Part shown: positions 53,632 to 63,999 of the stretch, piece by piece
How positions within the stretch are numbered: the stretch's first letter is position 1
How the letters are laid out: every line of letters begins with the position of its first letter
Assembly (NCBI GenBank): GCA_018397065.1
Contig: JAGTRI010000003.1
Location: 6,742 to 70,741 of the forward strand
Reading direction: 5' to 3'
Origin: Candidatus Bathyarchaeota archaeon
GTDB taxonomy: Archaea > Thermoproteota > Bathyarchaeia > Bathyarchaeales > DTEX01
Length of the DNA: 64,000 bases
The notes under the pieces: generated by a model
The model's database searches: none
Told to the model about the DNA's origin: nothing
The model's input: the letters and a program-made list of their open reading frames with translations, nothing else
Made by a program: the position numbers and the translations under genes

Positions 53632-53802
53632 GACTTTTTTCACTCCTTTTGTTTTGGTCTGCAAGAACAAAGTTTTGTTCAGAAGTTAAATTCCGAAAGC
53701 TTTGCTTCCTGCTTGACCTTTGAGGAATGACCGCGTGCCTATTAAACTTATCCGTAATAAGGCTTACTTTCAATTTTTGGGCAACAAACTTGCCTTTTAG
53801 TT

Positions 53803-54552
53803 TTATTCTGTTGTAGCTATGTTGAATACTTTCGCTGCTGTTTTGGCCAAACACCACTTTAGTTCTTCGTCAGTGAAGCCGACAGTCCTGTATTTAGCGA
53901 GCTCAGACGGTATGTTCTCCGGATGGTCTGAACCAAACATTATGCGGTTTACACCTATGTTTTTACCAAATGAAAGTAATGTTATGCTTGGAATCCAACT
54001 GGTTTCAAGATAAATGTTTGGACAAAGCTTCGCTGCTAAAGCCGCTTCATCTGAATACAATTGCCCACCACTGTGAGCCAGGATTATTTTTAGCTTTGGA
54101 AACTCCATGGCCACAGAAATTAAGGTTGAAGGAAGAGCCCAAGGCCCGCCAGTTCCAGTATGAACCATGACAGGAACACCAAGGTCAAGTGCAGATTCAA
54201 AAACCTTTTTTCCATTGACTCCCTTCGGATTAACAGCGTGAGCAAGTGGATGAAGCTTAACTCCCACAAATCTCAGGTCTTTTATGCACCTTCTAAGTTC
54301 TCTACAGTAAATTTCTGTTGGAAGGTGGGGATTGGGATTTGCCATTCCAAGTATTTTTCCAGACATTTTCTTAGAAAGCTTTGCTATTGCGTTGTGCTGT
54401 TTAATGACGCCTTTTAAGTCAAGAACGGTTCCAGGCTGAACTATGCTTATGTCAACTTTGTTTTGCTTTATTTTGGAAACAAGATTCTCAAGAATGAAGT
54501 CCTCTTCGAAGACATAATCGTAACCCAAGTGAGCGTGAGCGTCAATTATCAT
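53803..54552 (-). CDS. Amidohydrolase-family (TIM-barrel metal-dependent) hydrolase
   Basis: MIIDAHAHLG metal-binding start, later HTG and ILAHSGG, FGSDHP motifs. 249 aa. Confidence 0.75.
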   Translation of the reverse strand: MIIDAHAHLGYDYVFEEDFILENLVSKIKQNKVDISIVQPGTVLDLKGVIKQHNAIAKLSKKMSGKILGMANPNPHLPTEIYCRELRRCIKDLRFVGVKLHPLAHAVNPKGVNGKKVFESALDLGVPVMVHTGTGGPWALPSTLISVAMEFPKLKIILAHSGGQLYSDEAALAAKLCPNIYLETSWIPSITLLSFGKNIGVNRIMFGSDHPENIPSELAKYRTVGFTDEELKWCLAKTAAKVFNIATTE

Positions 54553-54778
54553 AGAACGTTCCTTCTTTAAGATGCTTTATGAACAAATAAGAGTATTTGA
54601 GTTCTTCTGTCATTCTGAACCACACATAAAAGAATCGAACCAAAAACTAAATGAAAAAGAGAAGGATCAGAGTTCCGAATTGGTATTTATTCATTCGCGT
54701 TCATAAATGGTAGCCATTACGATTGTTGCCCTCGCCATAGCACATTAAATACGCGTTCTGTTGCAACGAATATTTCAA

Positions 54779-55804
54779 TTATGGCTTGACTAGAACTTTT
54801 ATGGCACCTTCTAGTTTTTTCTCTGCAACTTCAAAAGCTCTTTGTATCTCTTCGAGTTTATAGATGTGGCTTATAAGAGGCTTCAATTTCACTGTGCCAG
54901 AAGAAGCAATTTTCACAGCCCTTTGAAACGTGAAGGGGCTGCGATAAGAAGTTGTAACTGTCAGCTCCTTGTCATATAAATCGAAAGGCTTTACATTCCA
55001 AACTCCCTCTTGAGGTGCAACTCCGAAAATGTTTAATCTTCCACCTTTACGTGTAACTTTCATAGCCTGAGTTATCGCGTTTATGCTTCCTACTGCCTCT
55101 ATTGCCACGTCGACTCCGTAGCCATCTGTTAGACTCTTTATGGCTTCGACTGGGTCTTCCTTAGCCACGCATACGGTATAGTCCGCTCCAAGGTCTTTAG
55201 CCAATTTAAGCCTTGTTTCTTCAATGTCTGTTTGAATTACTACTAAGGCTCCAGAATGCTTTGCAAGTTGTAGAAGGAGTAACCCAATAGGACCAGCACC
55301 AATTATTGCGACAGTATCTCCAGCTCTAATTCCAGCTTGGTCTATACCCCTTACACAACAGGCCAATGGTTCAATTAGAGCTGCCTCGTCTAGACCGACT
55401 CTTTTAGGTAATTTATACACATTTTCTGCTTTAACATTCACATACTCTGCAAAGGCACCGTTAATTGTTACCCCTACTGCCTTCAGATTCTCGCAGAAAT
55501 AGTTCCGTTCTGACATACGACAAAAATGGCATGCTCCGCAAAGTATGTTCGGCTCAACAACAACAGGATCTCCAACTTTTAAGATGTCTTTAACGCTGCT
55601 TCCAACCTCAACGATTACACCTGAAAACTCGTGCCCCAAAATTATTGGAGTATTAGTCTTCCATTCGCCCCTGTAAATGTGGATGTCTGTACCGCAAATT
55701 CCCGTTGCATGGACTTTTATCAGAACCTCATCAGCAGAATACTCCGGCGACTGTACATTGCCTAGGTTAAGATTCCTAATTCCGTGAAGGATTGCCGCAC
55801 GCAT
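54779..55804 (-). CDS. Zinc-dependent medium-chain alcohol/polyol dehydrogenase
   Basis: GICGTDIH, GHEFSGVIVEVG, structural-zinc Cys cluster (CGACHFCR...C), GAGPIGLL NAD motif. 341 aa. Confidence 0.85.
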   Translation of the reverse strand: MRAAILHGIRNLNLGNVQSPEYSADEVLIKVHATGICGTDIHIYRGEWKTNTPIILGHEFSGVIVEVGSSVKDILKVGDPVVVEPNILCGACHFCRMSERNYFCENLKAVGVTINGAFAEYVNVKAENVYKLPKRVGLDEAALIEPLACCVRGIDQAGIRAGDTVAIIGAGPIGLLLLQLAKHSGALVVIQTDIEETRLKLAKDLGADYTVCVAKEDPVEAIKSLTDGYGVDVAIEAVGSINAITQAMKVTRKGGRLNIFGVAPQEGVWNVKPFDLYDKELTVTTSYRSPFTFQRAVKIASSGTVKLKPLISHIYKLEEIQRAFEVAEKKLEGAIKVLVKP

Positions 55805-56009
55805 GTTACCACTTCCTTCTACTGCCTTTTATTACGCAAGAATCTAAATATTATATTTTAGTTAACTTAGTAATATTATATTTTTAGATAACTTAGGCGA
55901 AGCGGAATTTTTGTGCAATAGTATCACATAAGTGGGTGGTCTAAGACTTTTTACTGTTATGCCGTCTACTTGTCATGATAAGCTTAATAAGGATGTGTAA
56001 TAAATTACA

Positions 56010-57203
56010 TTGGATTCCAAAATGTTACACTTCGTTCATCTAACTACTCGAAAAACAGCTATGGTCGCATTACTGTCAGCATTGTATTACGTTATGTCCT
56101 TCTTGCCAGGCATCAAAGTAGCTCAGGGAGCTGCTTCCCCCGTGACAATCCAGATAGAAGCACTTATGGCCACAATTTTCGGCTTAATAATGGGACCGTA
56201 CCTAGGCGCTTTTACAGCTCTTATGGGGGCTTTCATAGCTTGGATGTTGCCGCCAGGTTCACCTAGTCTTACGAGCTTGATTTTCTTACCTTCGCCTGTT
56301 ATAAATGCATTTACAGTAGGACTAATATATAGAGGAAAATGGAAAATTGCAGCTTCTACATTGGCAGCAGTGATACTGGCTTTCTGGTTTCTTCCTGCAA
56401 CTCAGCCTTGGGACCAGAACTTTTATGTTGGACTTTTCGCCATGTGGGACAAGATTGGCGCATTAATCCTCATTTTGCCTTCTGTTTATCTCCTAAAAAA
56501 GAGAGAGAATGGGATTTCGAGTGGAGAAAATGTTAGTGATAAAAAAGAGAAAAAGAGGTTTCTCGATGCAACCTTTATTCTTTTAGCTGTTGCCGCGGTC
56601 TTGATGCTTGTGAACGCTTGGGCTATAGTGACAATCGGAAATCCAAAATACCAATTTGACTTTTTAGGGTCAACCTTTAAGCTGAACCTTGTTTCGAAAG
56701 AAATGTTGCCTTTTGTGTCATCAATCGGGTACGGCTGGTTTTCGTTAGGCATAGGCATGTTAGCTTGTATAGTCCTCATTTGCATTATGCCAGAAAAAAG
56801 GAGACTTTGGAGTGTCATAACTTTTGCATTGTCATGTGTAAGCGCAATTATTGGCGGAGGCTACATTGTCGGATTGTTCTTAGGCGTCTTAGGAAGCCTT
56901 TTCGAGTTTCTCACGAAAAAAATTTCAGAGGCAAGACATCCTCTTTATAATGATATCATAATGTTTTTCGTTTTGGCGTTTGTTGGCAATGAGGCGGATA
57001 ATGCCTTGGGTAACCTCATCTTTGGGCTTCCGCAAGTTTACGAAGGGCTTTTCCTTATGAGCATTGAGGCTTTAAGGCTTTCTTTCCTCACTTTGCCTTT
57101 CTTCTATTTTGGAGTAAGACTTTTACAGGCTATTATTACAACCATGATTGCAACACCCTTGATGAGAAACCTTAAGCTAGCTGGTTTCCTTGAATCAATT
57201 TAA
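56010..57203 (+). CDS. Hypothetical polytopic membrane protein
   Basis: 397 aa, many TM helices with a central charged loop (KKRENGISSGENVSDKKEKKR). TTG start. No family recognised. Confidence 0.45.
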   Translation: MDSKMLHFVHLTTRKTAMVALLSALYYVMSFLPGIKVAQGAASPVTIQIEALMATIFGLIMGPYLGAFTALMGAFIAWMLPPGSPSLTSLIFLPSPVINAFTVGLIYRGKWKIAASTLAAVILAFWFLPATQPWDQNFYVGLFAMWDKIGALILILPSVYLLKKRENGISSGENVSDKKEKKRFLDATFILLAVAAVLMLVNAWAIVTIGNPKYQFDFLGSTFKLNLVSKEMLPFVSSIGYGWFSLGIGMLACIVLICIMPEKRRLWSVITFALSCVSAIIGGGYIVGLFLGVLGSLFEFLTKKISEARHPLYNDIIMFFVLAFVGNEADNALGNLIFGLPQVYEGLFLMSIEALRLSFLTLPFFYFGVRLLQAIITTMIATPLMRNLKLAGFLESI

Positions 57204-57272
57204 AACGCAATACGCAGAATATAGCCCAGTTTTCCAAAGACATCGATAGCTTCCGATTTTATTCGCTTCTCT

Positions 57273-57710
57273 TTATAATCCTTTTTTATAGGACGCGGCG
57301 CAGTGGCTGCAACAAAACGCAACTTTTTTTCCATCGATAACCTCATAATGGCCACCTTCGAGGATTTTGCATCCACAATTTGTACAGACAAGAAGATTCG
57401 GTTCGAGGGCGGCTGAAATTATGGTTGCGAAGCGCTTGAAGATTCTTTTGCAAAATTGGTTGCCTCTTTCTGTGAGCTCGTAAATCTTTCTTTTTTTCTT
57501 TCCCACAGGCTTTTCTATGTGTCTTATGAGTCCACGTCGTTCGAGATCTCGTAGGAACGGGTATACTAAGCTGGGGGTTATGTCTTTTCCAAGTCTTGTT
57601 CTGAATTTTTCGATTATGGCATATCCGTGGGATGGAGACTCGTAGAGAATTATGAGTATATAGAATCTTGAAAAGTCTGAGATTGTATCCTCGAATTTTT
57701 CAGCAGACAT
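57273..57710 (-). CDS. PadR-type wHTH regulator fused to a C-terminal TRASH-like Cys domain
   Basis: FYILIILYESPSHGYAIIEKF...VYPFLRDLERRGLI (PadR) plus CTNCGCKILEGGHYEVIDGKKVAFCCSHC (Cys-x-Cys...Cys-x3-Cys metal module). Divergent from the copper ATPase. Confidence 0.7.
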   Translation of the reverse strand: MSAEKFEDTISDFSRFYILIILYESPSHGYAIIEKFRTRLGKDITPSLVYPFLRDLERRGLIRHIEKPVGKKKRKIYELTERGNQFCKRIFKRFATIISAALEPNLLVCTNCGCKILEGGHYEVIDGKKVAFCCSHCAASYKKGL

Positions 57711-57885
57711 TATTACATCTATAGATATATCTTAATAAGATACATTTATATATTTCTATAACGCCATTATAGTCTGAGGAGACCTAAAAAATAATGAAAA
57801 CAGTTATTCCAAGAAGTCGCTATTCTCTCAATCTTACTTTTAGCAACAGGTCTCATAAGTATCCAAAAATGTAGGGGGAACTGGA

Positions 57886-60069
57886 ATGAGCCATCAACAT
57901 GACATGAGTAGCTGTGGACCTCATGGAGCTCATTCGTCTTCCCATGCAGGGCACGTTCACCACATAGAGGAATTTAAGAAAAAATTTTGGTTTTCACTCA
58001 TACTTACAGTTCCAATCCTGCTTCTTTCTGAGATGATTCAACATTGGTTCAATTTTTCTTTAATACTTCCACTTCAGAAAGAGATGTTGTTCCTGCTTTC
58101 ATTAACAGTCTACCTTTACGGTGGACTCCCATTCATAAAAGGACTGTACCAAGAAGTCCAGAACCGTCAGCCGGGCATGATGACCCTCATAGGCACAGCT
58201 ATTTCAATAGCCTTCTTTTACTCTGCTGGCACAATCCTTTTTCCAACGGTCATAACTGGCAAAGACCTCTTTTGGGAGCTCGCGACGCTCATTGACGTTA
58301 TGCTTCTTGGTCATTGGATAGAGGCAAAAAGCATACTTGGCGCTTCTAAGGCTTTGGAAGAGCTAGCCCGGGTTATGCCTACAACCGCACATGTGTTAGA
58401 TAATGGAGAAATCGTAGATGTTCCTGTTTCTCAGCTTAAAACAGGTGATGTTGCACTTGTTCGCCCAGGAGAAAAAATTCCTTCAGATGGCGAAGTGGTC
58501 GAAGGAGAATCCTCTGTAAATGAGGCTTTCTTAACTGGCGAGTCAAACCCAGTTCATAAAAAAGTGGGCTCAAAGGTTATCGGAGGCTCAATTAATGGCG
58601 AAGGAGCAGTCAAGATAAGAATTTTGAAGACCGGAAAAGAAACTTACATTGCCCAAGTTTTAAGGCTTGTGCAGCAAGCTCAAGAGAGCAGGTCAAGAAC
58701 ACAGGATTTGGCTAACCGTGCAGCTGCATTATTATTTTATGTGGCACTCTTCTCGAGTATATTGACATACATTGTATGGTTTAGCTTAGGAAAAACAGAT
58801 TTTGCATTTGAGGCTGCTGTTTCTGTACTTGTCATTGCCTGTCCGCATGCGCTTGGTTTGGCAATCCCTCTTGTGGTTTCATTATCAACTTCAATAACGG
58901 CAAAAAACGGAATCTTAATTCGTGATAGAAAAGCCTTCGAGATGGTTAAAGACTTGGATGCCATCGTTTTTGACAAAACTGGCACATTGACTCTTGGCAA
59001 GTTCGGAGTAACAGACGTTATTTCATATATTCCAGAAGAAGAGTTTTTGGAGCTGTCAGCAGCCGTAGAGCTTAACTCGGAACATACAATAGCCTCGGCA
59101 ATCGTTGACTATGTCAGAAAAAAAGAGTTGAGAATACGAAAAGTTCATGAGTACAAAACCTTGCCTGGACTTGGAGCATATGGAAAAGTTGATGGCAAGG
59201 ATGTCTATGTTGGAGGCGTAAACCTTCTTAGAGAACTTGGAGTCGAAGTAAACAAATTAGAAGTTACGCTTTTGCAGAAACAGGGAAAAACGGTTGTGGT
59301 CACAGTAGTTGACAATTCTATTGCTGGAGTTTTCGGTCTATCCGACTTGATAAGGCCAGAATCGTATGACGCGATTAGGGAACTTAAAAGAAATAAAGTT
59401 AAAGTTTTCATGCTTACCGGCGACAGTGAAGAGACTGCAAAGAATGTTGCAAAGGAACTTGGAATCGATGAGTACTTCGCCCAAGTTTTGCCAGATAAAA
59501 AGGCAGAAAAAATAAAGCATTTACAAGAAAAGGGGCTTAAAGTTGCCATGGTTGGAGATGGAATAAACGATGCTCCTGCTCTTGTAACTGCTGACTTAGG
59601 AATTGCTGTTGGAGCTGGAACAGACGTAGCCATTGAAAGCGCAGACATAATTCTGGTAAAAAACGACCCAAGGGACATAGTGAAGGTCACTGATCTAGCG
59701 CGTAAGATATATTCTAAGATGGTTCAAAATCTTTGGTGGGCAGCTGGATACAATATTTTAGCGATTCCTCTTGCCTCTGGCCTTTTTTCAGGATTAGGCA
59801 TAATCATAAGTCCTGCTGTTGGTGCAGTGTTGATGTCGCTAAGCACCGTCATAGTGGCGCTTAACAGTCAAACATTAAAGAAATATGAACCGAGAGGGTT
59901 GGAGGAACATTTGATGATGCAACCAACGTTAAAGGATCCTGTTTGTGGAATGATAGTTGATGCTTCAACCACGTATAAGACAAGTTATAATGGGAAAACG
60001 TACTATTTTTGCTCACTGAGGTGTAAAAAGGTCTTTGAATCTAACCCTCGTAAGTACATAACAAAATAA
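57886..60069 (+). CDS. copB: Copper-translocating P1B-type ATPase (CopB-like: His-rich N-terminus, CPH motif) with C-terminal TRASH/YHS-like domain
   Basis: MSHQHDMSSCGPHGAHSSSHAGHVHH, TGES, ACPHALGLA (CPH), DKTGTLT, GDGINDAPAL. C-terminal DPVCGMIVD...YYFCSLRCKKVF. Confidence 0.9.
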   Translation: MSHQHDMSSCGPHGAHSSSHAGHVHHIEEFKKKFWFSLILTVPILLLSEMIQHWFNFSLILPLQKEMLFLLSLTVYLYGGLPFIKGLYQEVQNRQPGMMTLIGTAISIAFFYSAGTILFPTVITGKDLFWELATLIDVMLLGHWIEAKSILGASKALEELARVMPTTAHVLDNGEIVDVPVSQLKTGDVALVRPGEKIPSDGEVVEGESSVNEAFLTGESNPVHKKVGSKVIGGSINGEGAVKIRILKTGKETYIAQVLRLVQQAQESRSRTQDLANRAAALLFYVALFSSILTYIVWFSLGKTDFAFEAAVSVLVIACPHALGLAIPLVVSLSTSITAKNGILIRDRKAFEMVKDLDAIVFDKTGTLTLGKFGVTDVISYIPEEEFLELSAAVELNSEHTIASAIVDYVRKKELRIRKVHEYKTLPGLGAYGKVDGKDVYVGGVNLLRELGVEVNKLEVTLLQKQGKTVVVTVVDNSIAGVFGLSDLIRPESYDAIRELKRNKVKVFMLTGDSEETAKNVAKELGIDEYFAQVLPDKKAEKIKHLQEKGLKVAMVGDGINDAPALVTADLGIAVGAGTDVAIESADIILVKNDPRDIVKVTDLARKIYSKMVQNLWWAAGYNILAIPLASGLFSGLGIIISPAVGAVLMSLSTVIVALNSQTLKKYEPRGLEEHLMMQPTLKDPVCGMIVDASTTYKTSYNGKTYYFCSLRCKKVFESNPRKYITK

Positions 60070-60207
60070 CTAAGAATAGGTAAACATGTAATTCTCATTG
60101 TTCCAGCACCCCAATAATGAGAATGTGACAAACAAATCATTGCGGATAAAATTTTCATTCGTCTTCAAGTAACACTGGTTCAAATTTTTGTTCCAAAAAA
60201 CAAGTGT

Positions 60208-60510
60208 TTATCCCCCGTGAATTATGGGAATAAAAACGATTTCGTCTTTGTCTTTTAATTTGGTTTCCAGACCATTCAGCAAGTGGGCTTCTATGCCATT
60301 GATGAGTATAATGGCGTTTGGTGAGGGCGTGCCAAGTTCAGGATCTACAAGCACCTTTTTTAGATTTGGGGAGACTTTTGTTAGCCTTTCAATTATACCT
60401 CTAAGCTTTTCGTTATCTTTAACCCTTAAGGATAATTGGTCATTTCCGTAGGCTTTTTTGAACACGCCTAGAAATCTTAAAGTCACTTCGTTGCGAAGAA
60501 TGGGGGTCAT
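60208..60510 (-). CDS. MoaD/ThiS-type ubiquitin-like beta-grasp protein, C-terminal GG (orphan)
   Basis: 100 aa ending ...DKDEIVFIPIIHGG. Layout as in small archaeal modifier proteins. Confidence 0.65.
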   Translation of the reverse strand: MTPILRNEVTLRFLGVFKKAYGNDQLSLRVKDNEKLRGIIERLTKVSPNLKKVLVDPELGTPSPNAIILINGIEAHLLNGLETKLKDKDEIVFIPIIHGG

Positions 60511-60619
60511 CTTTAGGATTCCTCAATTTCTCTTTATTGATGGACTACTTTAAGATTTATTTCTTTATTTCGACATTATTGTTACCCGTTACAGTAAGGA
60601 TCCCAGCAGAGCAATACCT

Positions 60620-61147
60620 ATGAAAACAATGTGTGTCGGGATAAAATCCGTTAAAAGCGTGCTGTCTGCCCTCGAAATGATTTCAGACATTAAAGGGTAC
60701 TATGTTTTGTTGATCTATATGAAAGCGAATAAGCAAATTTCTGTTGGAAAATTAGGTGTCAAAAATTTCGAAAAGGGATATTACGTTTATACTGGTTCCG
60801 CTTTGGGTAAGGGAGCTCTAAGTCTTGGTGGACGAATTCGAAGGCATATTAGAAAGCAAAAAACCAAAAAATGGCACGTAGACTATCTTTTATCTGACGA
60901 GAATGCGAGTGTAAAAGCTGTTGTGGCAGGCACTGCTGAGCAAAAAATGGAATGTAAAATCAATAAATGTCTAAAAGAAGTTTTTTACGCTAAAATTTCG
61001 ATTATGGGATTCGGATCTTCGGATTGTACGGAGAACTGTTGCAGCCACCTTCTTTTCCTTGGGCGTACATATAAAGTTGTGGATAGAATCATTAGTTCGT
61101 TGTTACGTGAAGTTAACGGTGACATCTACGTGTTAAGATTTCGTTGA
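60620..61147 (+). CDS. DUF123-type GIY-YIG-like nuclease superfamily protein
   Basis: GYYVLLIY...GYYVYTGSALG...LGGRIRRHIRKQKTKKWHVDYLL matches the DUF123 signature (GxYxYxGSA...RxxRH...WHIDYL). Confidence 0.65.
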   Translation: MKTMCVGIKSVKSVLSALEMISDIKGYYVLLIYMKANKQISVGKLGVKNFEKGYYVYTGSALGKGALSLGGRIRRHIRKQKTKKWHVDYLLSDENASVKAVVAGTAEQKMECKINKCLKEVFYAKISIMGFGSSDCTENCCSHLLFLGRTYKVVDRIISSLLREVNGDIYVLRFR

Positions 61148-61197
61148 CCTCATTTTTATTCATTTAACTTAAAATATAGTGACTTTAATGTATTCTT

Positions 61198-61668
61198 TTG
61201 GGACTCTGTTTGAAGTTTATAATCCGCAAAGCAACCGTTGAAGACTTGGACACGCTTGTTGAGATTGAGGAGGAATGCTTTACAAGTGAGGCTTTTACAA
61301 AGAAACAGCTGGAATATTGTCTGAAGTCTTCTGACTTTGTTTCTCTCGTTGCGTTGGTTGATGAAAAAATCGTCGGCTTTATCATCGGCGCCGTAGAAAT
61401 TTTAGGCTGTGAAACGGCTGGGCATGTTTACACTTTAGACATTAAGAAGGAATATAGGAAAAAGGGGTCTGGTGGCAAGCTTCTGGATGCATTTGAATCT
61501 ATCTTGTCTGAAAAGGGTATTAGAACGGTATATCTTGAGGTGCGATTAGACAACATTCCAGCACGTAGATTGTATTCCAAGCACGGTTACAAATTCATCA
61601 AGGTTCTCAGGAACTATTACGAACCACGTGTTGATGCTGTTATGCTTAGAAAGATTTTGAGGACATAA
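61198..61668 (+). CDS. GNAT family N-acetyltransferase (RimI-like)
   Basis: IRKATVEDLDTLVEIEEECF..., acetyl-CoA motif YRKKGSGGKLL, ...ARRLYSKHGY. A TTG start at 61198 or 61210 is possible. Confidence 0.8.
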   Translation: MGLCLKFIIRKATVEDLDTLVEIEEECFTSEAFTKKQLEYCLKSSDFVSLVALVDEKIVGFIIGAVEILGCETAGHVYTLDIKKEYRKKGSGGKLLDAFESILSEKGIRTVYLEVRLDNIPARRLYSKHGYKFIKVLRNYYEPRVDAVMLRKILRT

Positions 61669-61738
61669 AAGATTTTTTGGTATGTATTTATATTGAGCCT
61701 TTTATAAAATTTTTCAATGTGCTTAAAGAGGTTGTCAT

Positions 61739-62059
61739 ATGTTTTGTAAAAGTTGTGGAAAAGAAGTTTCTGAAACAATGAACTTTTGTCCAAACTGTGG
61801 CGCTTCAACCAAAAAAACATCTAGAGAAGTTTATTCGGTATCTTCTGACGACCTTGTCAGGAAAGTTAAAGAGCTGATTCACGAAGGCAACATTACAAAG
61901 ATAATTGTAAAAAACGAAAAAGATGAAACTCTGCTTGAAATCCCCGTGACAGTCGGTCTTATTGGCGCAATATTGGCTCCTTGGATGGCGGCGCTAGGTG
62001 TGATCGCTGCAATGGTTACTAGATGTAAAATAATAGTTGAAAAACAAGAAGAAAACTAA
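61739..62059 (+). CDS. Zinc-ribbon protein with DUF4342-like C-terminal domain
   Basis: MFCKSCGKEVSETMNFCPNCG zinc ribbon. C-terminal KIIVKNEKDETLLEIPVTVGLIGAILAPWMAALGVIAAMVTRCKIIVEK. Confidence 0.55.
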   Translation: MFCKSCGKEVSETMNFCPNCGASTKKTSREVYSVSSDDLVRKVKELIHEGNITKIIVKNEKDETLLEIPVTVGLIGAILAPWMAALGVIAAMVTRCKIIVEKQEEN

Positions 62060-62211
62060 TATTTTTCGGCTGAACTAAGCGGACGCTGAATCTAAAGTTA
62101 CGTCTTTCAAGTGGTGTATCTTCAGTAGTTGCCAAGAAATGTTACGCGCCAAAAAAGTTCTACTTCGTTGGAATTTGGGTAATGATTCAATAAATTGGCG
62201 GTAGGTAAAAA

Positions 62212-63738
62212 ATGAAGGCTGTAGTTGATCACTTTAGGCGCATTTACTCTGAAAGATATCAGTTAAAGGTTTTCGAAAAATCCGTGGTTAAGAAGAAAGG
62301 ATCTATATTTTTCATGATTCATACTGGCTTATGGAAAAAGCTTGTTATAATCTCGCCTGTGTCAAGACAGAATCTCGGCATGGAAATTGACGTTGCCGAA
62401 AGCAATGAATTCAACCTAAAAGGTAAATCATACAGGTACATTGTTTGCCCTTGTAACCACAAGAATGCTTGTGTATTAAGAAAAATGTTTCCCTTTACAC
62501 GTCCGAGAACCGCTGGATTAAAAGCAGCAGTGGGGTTGGGAGACCGAATAGGGTTGGTCACTCCTGGTCACATAAGGGCTGTAAAAGCAGGTGTTTTCCC
62601 AGTTTTTGCTCAGCAGTCTGTTCGAGAGTTAAGTCGTACAGGAAGAACGTTCAATGATGTTTTGGATGATGTAACTTGGGCTGTTTTTCAGGAGGGTTAT
62701 CGTGAGGGCTTTGGTGCTGATGCTGATCATCTAAAGTCAATTGAGGATGTGGACAAAGCTATTAGCGCCGGCTATACGATGTTTACAGTTGATCCCTCAG
62801 AGTACGTTGACAACAATGTCGAGAGGTATAGTCTAAAAGAGCTCGAAGAAAAATTTGCAGCTTTACCTTGGTGTGACCTTGGATGTGACATTGAAGGCTT
62901 TCAAAAAATTTACGATGGAAAAAAGGTAACTATCGGAGACGATTTTTTTGTTATTACTCGGCAATCGCTGTTCAAGATGGCTGTTAAGTACTCAGCAGCT
63001 ATAGCCTTTGCAGCTAAGGTTTTTCGGCATATCAAGAAGGTTCTTGGTCAGGAAGTTTTTGACTTCGAAATGTCTGTTGACGAGACTGATGTTCCCACAT
63101 CTCCTTTAGAACATGCTTTTATTGCCTTGGAACTGAAAAGGCTTAATGTTAAAGCCACAAGCTTGGCACTAAGGTTTGTCGGAAAGTTTGAAAAGGCCAT
63201 AGATTACATGGGAGATTTAGAAGAATTCGAGGGCTCCTTCAAGAAACATGTTTCCATTGCAAAGTCTCTTGGCCCTTACAAGATTAGCATCCACTCAGGT
63301 AGCGACAAGTTCTCCGTCTTCCCCATCTTGGGAAGACTTGCTTCAGACATGATTCATTTGAAGACCGCTGGGACAAGTTATTTGGAATCTTTGAGGATTG
63401 TTGCGAGGTATGATCCTTCGCTGTTTCGTGAACTTGTGTCGTTTGCGCTTCAAAGATTCGCAGAGGACAGAAAAGCCTACGACGTTACAACGGATCTTTC
63501 GCATATACCTCCTCCGAACAATGTTTTAGACTGCGACTTGGAAAAGACCTATCTAGATGAGCGCAACGGGCGGCAACTACTTCACATCACCTACGGCTCA
63601 GTTCTCACAATAAAAAAAGCCAGTGGCGAATGGGTTTACCGCGATCGGATTCTTAGGTGCTTAATGGAACATGAGTATGAACTTTACGAAACCGTTGCTA
63701 AACATCTAAGACGTCACGTCGAAGCTATTTGGTCATGA
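62212..63738 (+). CDS. Tagaturonate/fructuronate epimerase (UxaE)-like protein
   Basis: GLGDRIGLVTPGHIRA...FAQQSVRELSRTGRT...GFGADADHLK...HSGSDKFS resembles the UxaE family. Assignment from memory, not searched. Confidence 0.5.
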   Translation: MKAVVDHFRRIYSERYQLKVFEKSVVKKKGSIFFMIHTGLWKKLVIISPVSRQNLGMEIDVAESNEFNLKGKSYRYIVCPCNHKNACVLRKMFPFTRPRTAGLKAAVGLGDRIGLVTPGHIRAVKAGVFPVFAQQSVRELSRTGRTFNDVLDDVTWAVFQEGYREGFGADADHLKSIEDVDKAISAGYTMFTVDPSEYVDNNVERYSLKELEEKFAALPWCDLGCDIEGFQKIYDGKKVTIGDDFFVITRQSLFKMAVKYSAAIAFAAKVFRHIKKVLGQEVFDFEMSVDETDVPTSPLEHAFIALELKRLNVKATSLALRFVGKFEKAIDYMGDLEEFEGSFKKHVSIAKSLGPYKISIHSGSDKFSVFPILGRLASDMIHLKTAGTSYLESLRIVARYDPSLFRELVSFALQRFAEDRKAYDVTTDLSHIPPPNNVLDCDLEKTYLDERNGRQLLHITYGSVLTIKKASGEWVYRDRILRCLMEHEYELYETVAKHLRRHVEAIWS

Positions 63739-63900
63739 AAAATTCGGTAAATACTTCAATCAGGTGCGTATTTCCAACTTTTCTCTATTCCTTTTCATAT
63801 TATTTTTTTATGTGAGAGTAGAGAGCATACAGAACAGAATAGCAAAAGAAGAAAGAGAACAAATTTTGGTCTAAAGTACTTGAATTAAAGACTAAAATAG

Positions 63901-63999
63901 TTAATATTTGCTGGTGTTTTCACTGGGGTTCTTAATAAGTAGAACTTGCGGACCGTTTGTCCACCCTACTACATGATCAGCATCATCAACAACGTAAGT
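63901..63999 (-). CDS. 3' end of an unidentified gene running off the window edge
   Basis: Open frame ...TYVVDDADHVVGWTNGPQVLLIKNPSENTSKY ending at TAA (63901-63903). Too short to classify. Confidence 0.25.
   Translation of the reverse strand, partial: TYVVDDADHVVGWTNGPQVLLIKNPSENTSKY

Noticed and set aside
57794-57874. 26-codon ORF (MKTVIPRSRYSLNLTFSNRSHKYPKM) between the PadR-TRASH regulator and the copper ATPase, considered as a CopM-like chaperone or leader peptide.
   Set aside because: It has no Cys or His metal ligands, weak SD spacing (13 nt) and no recognisable similarity. It cannot be supported from sequence alone.
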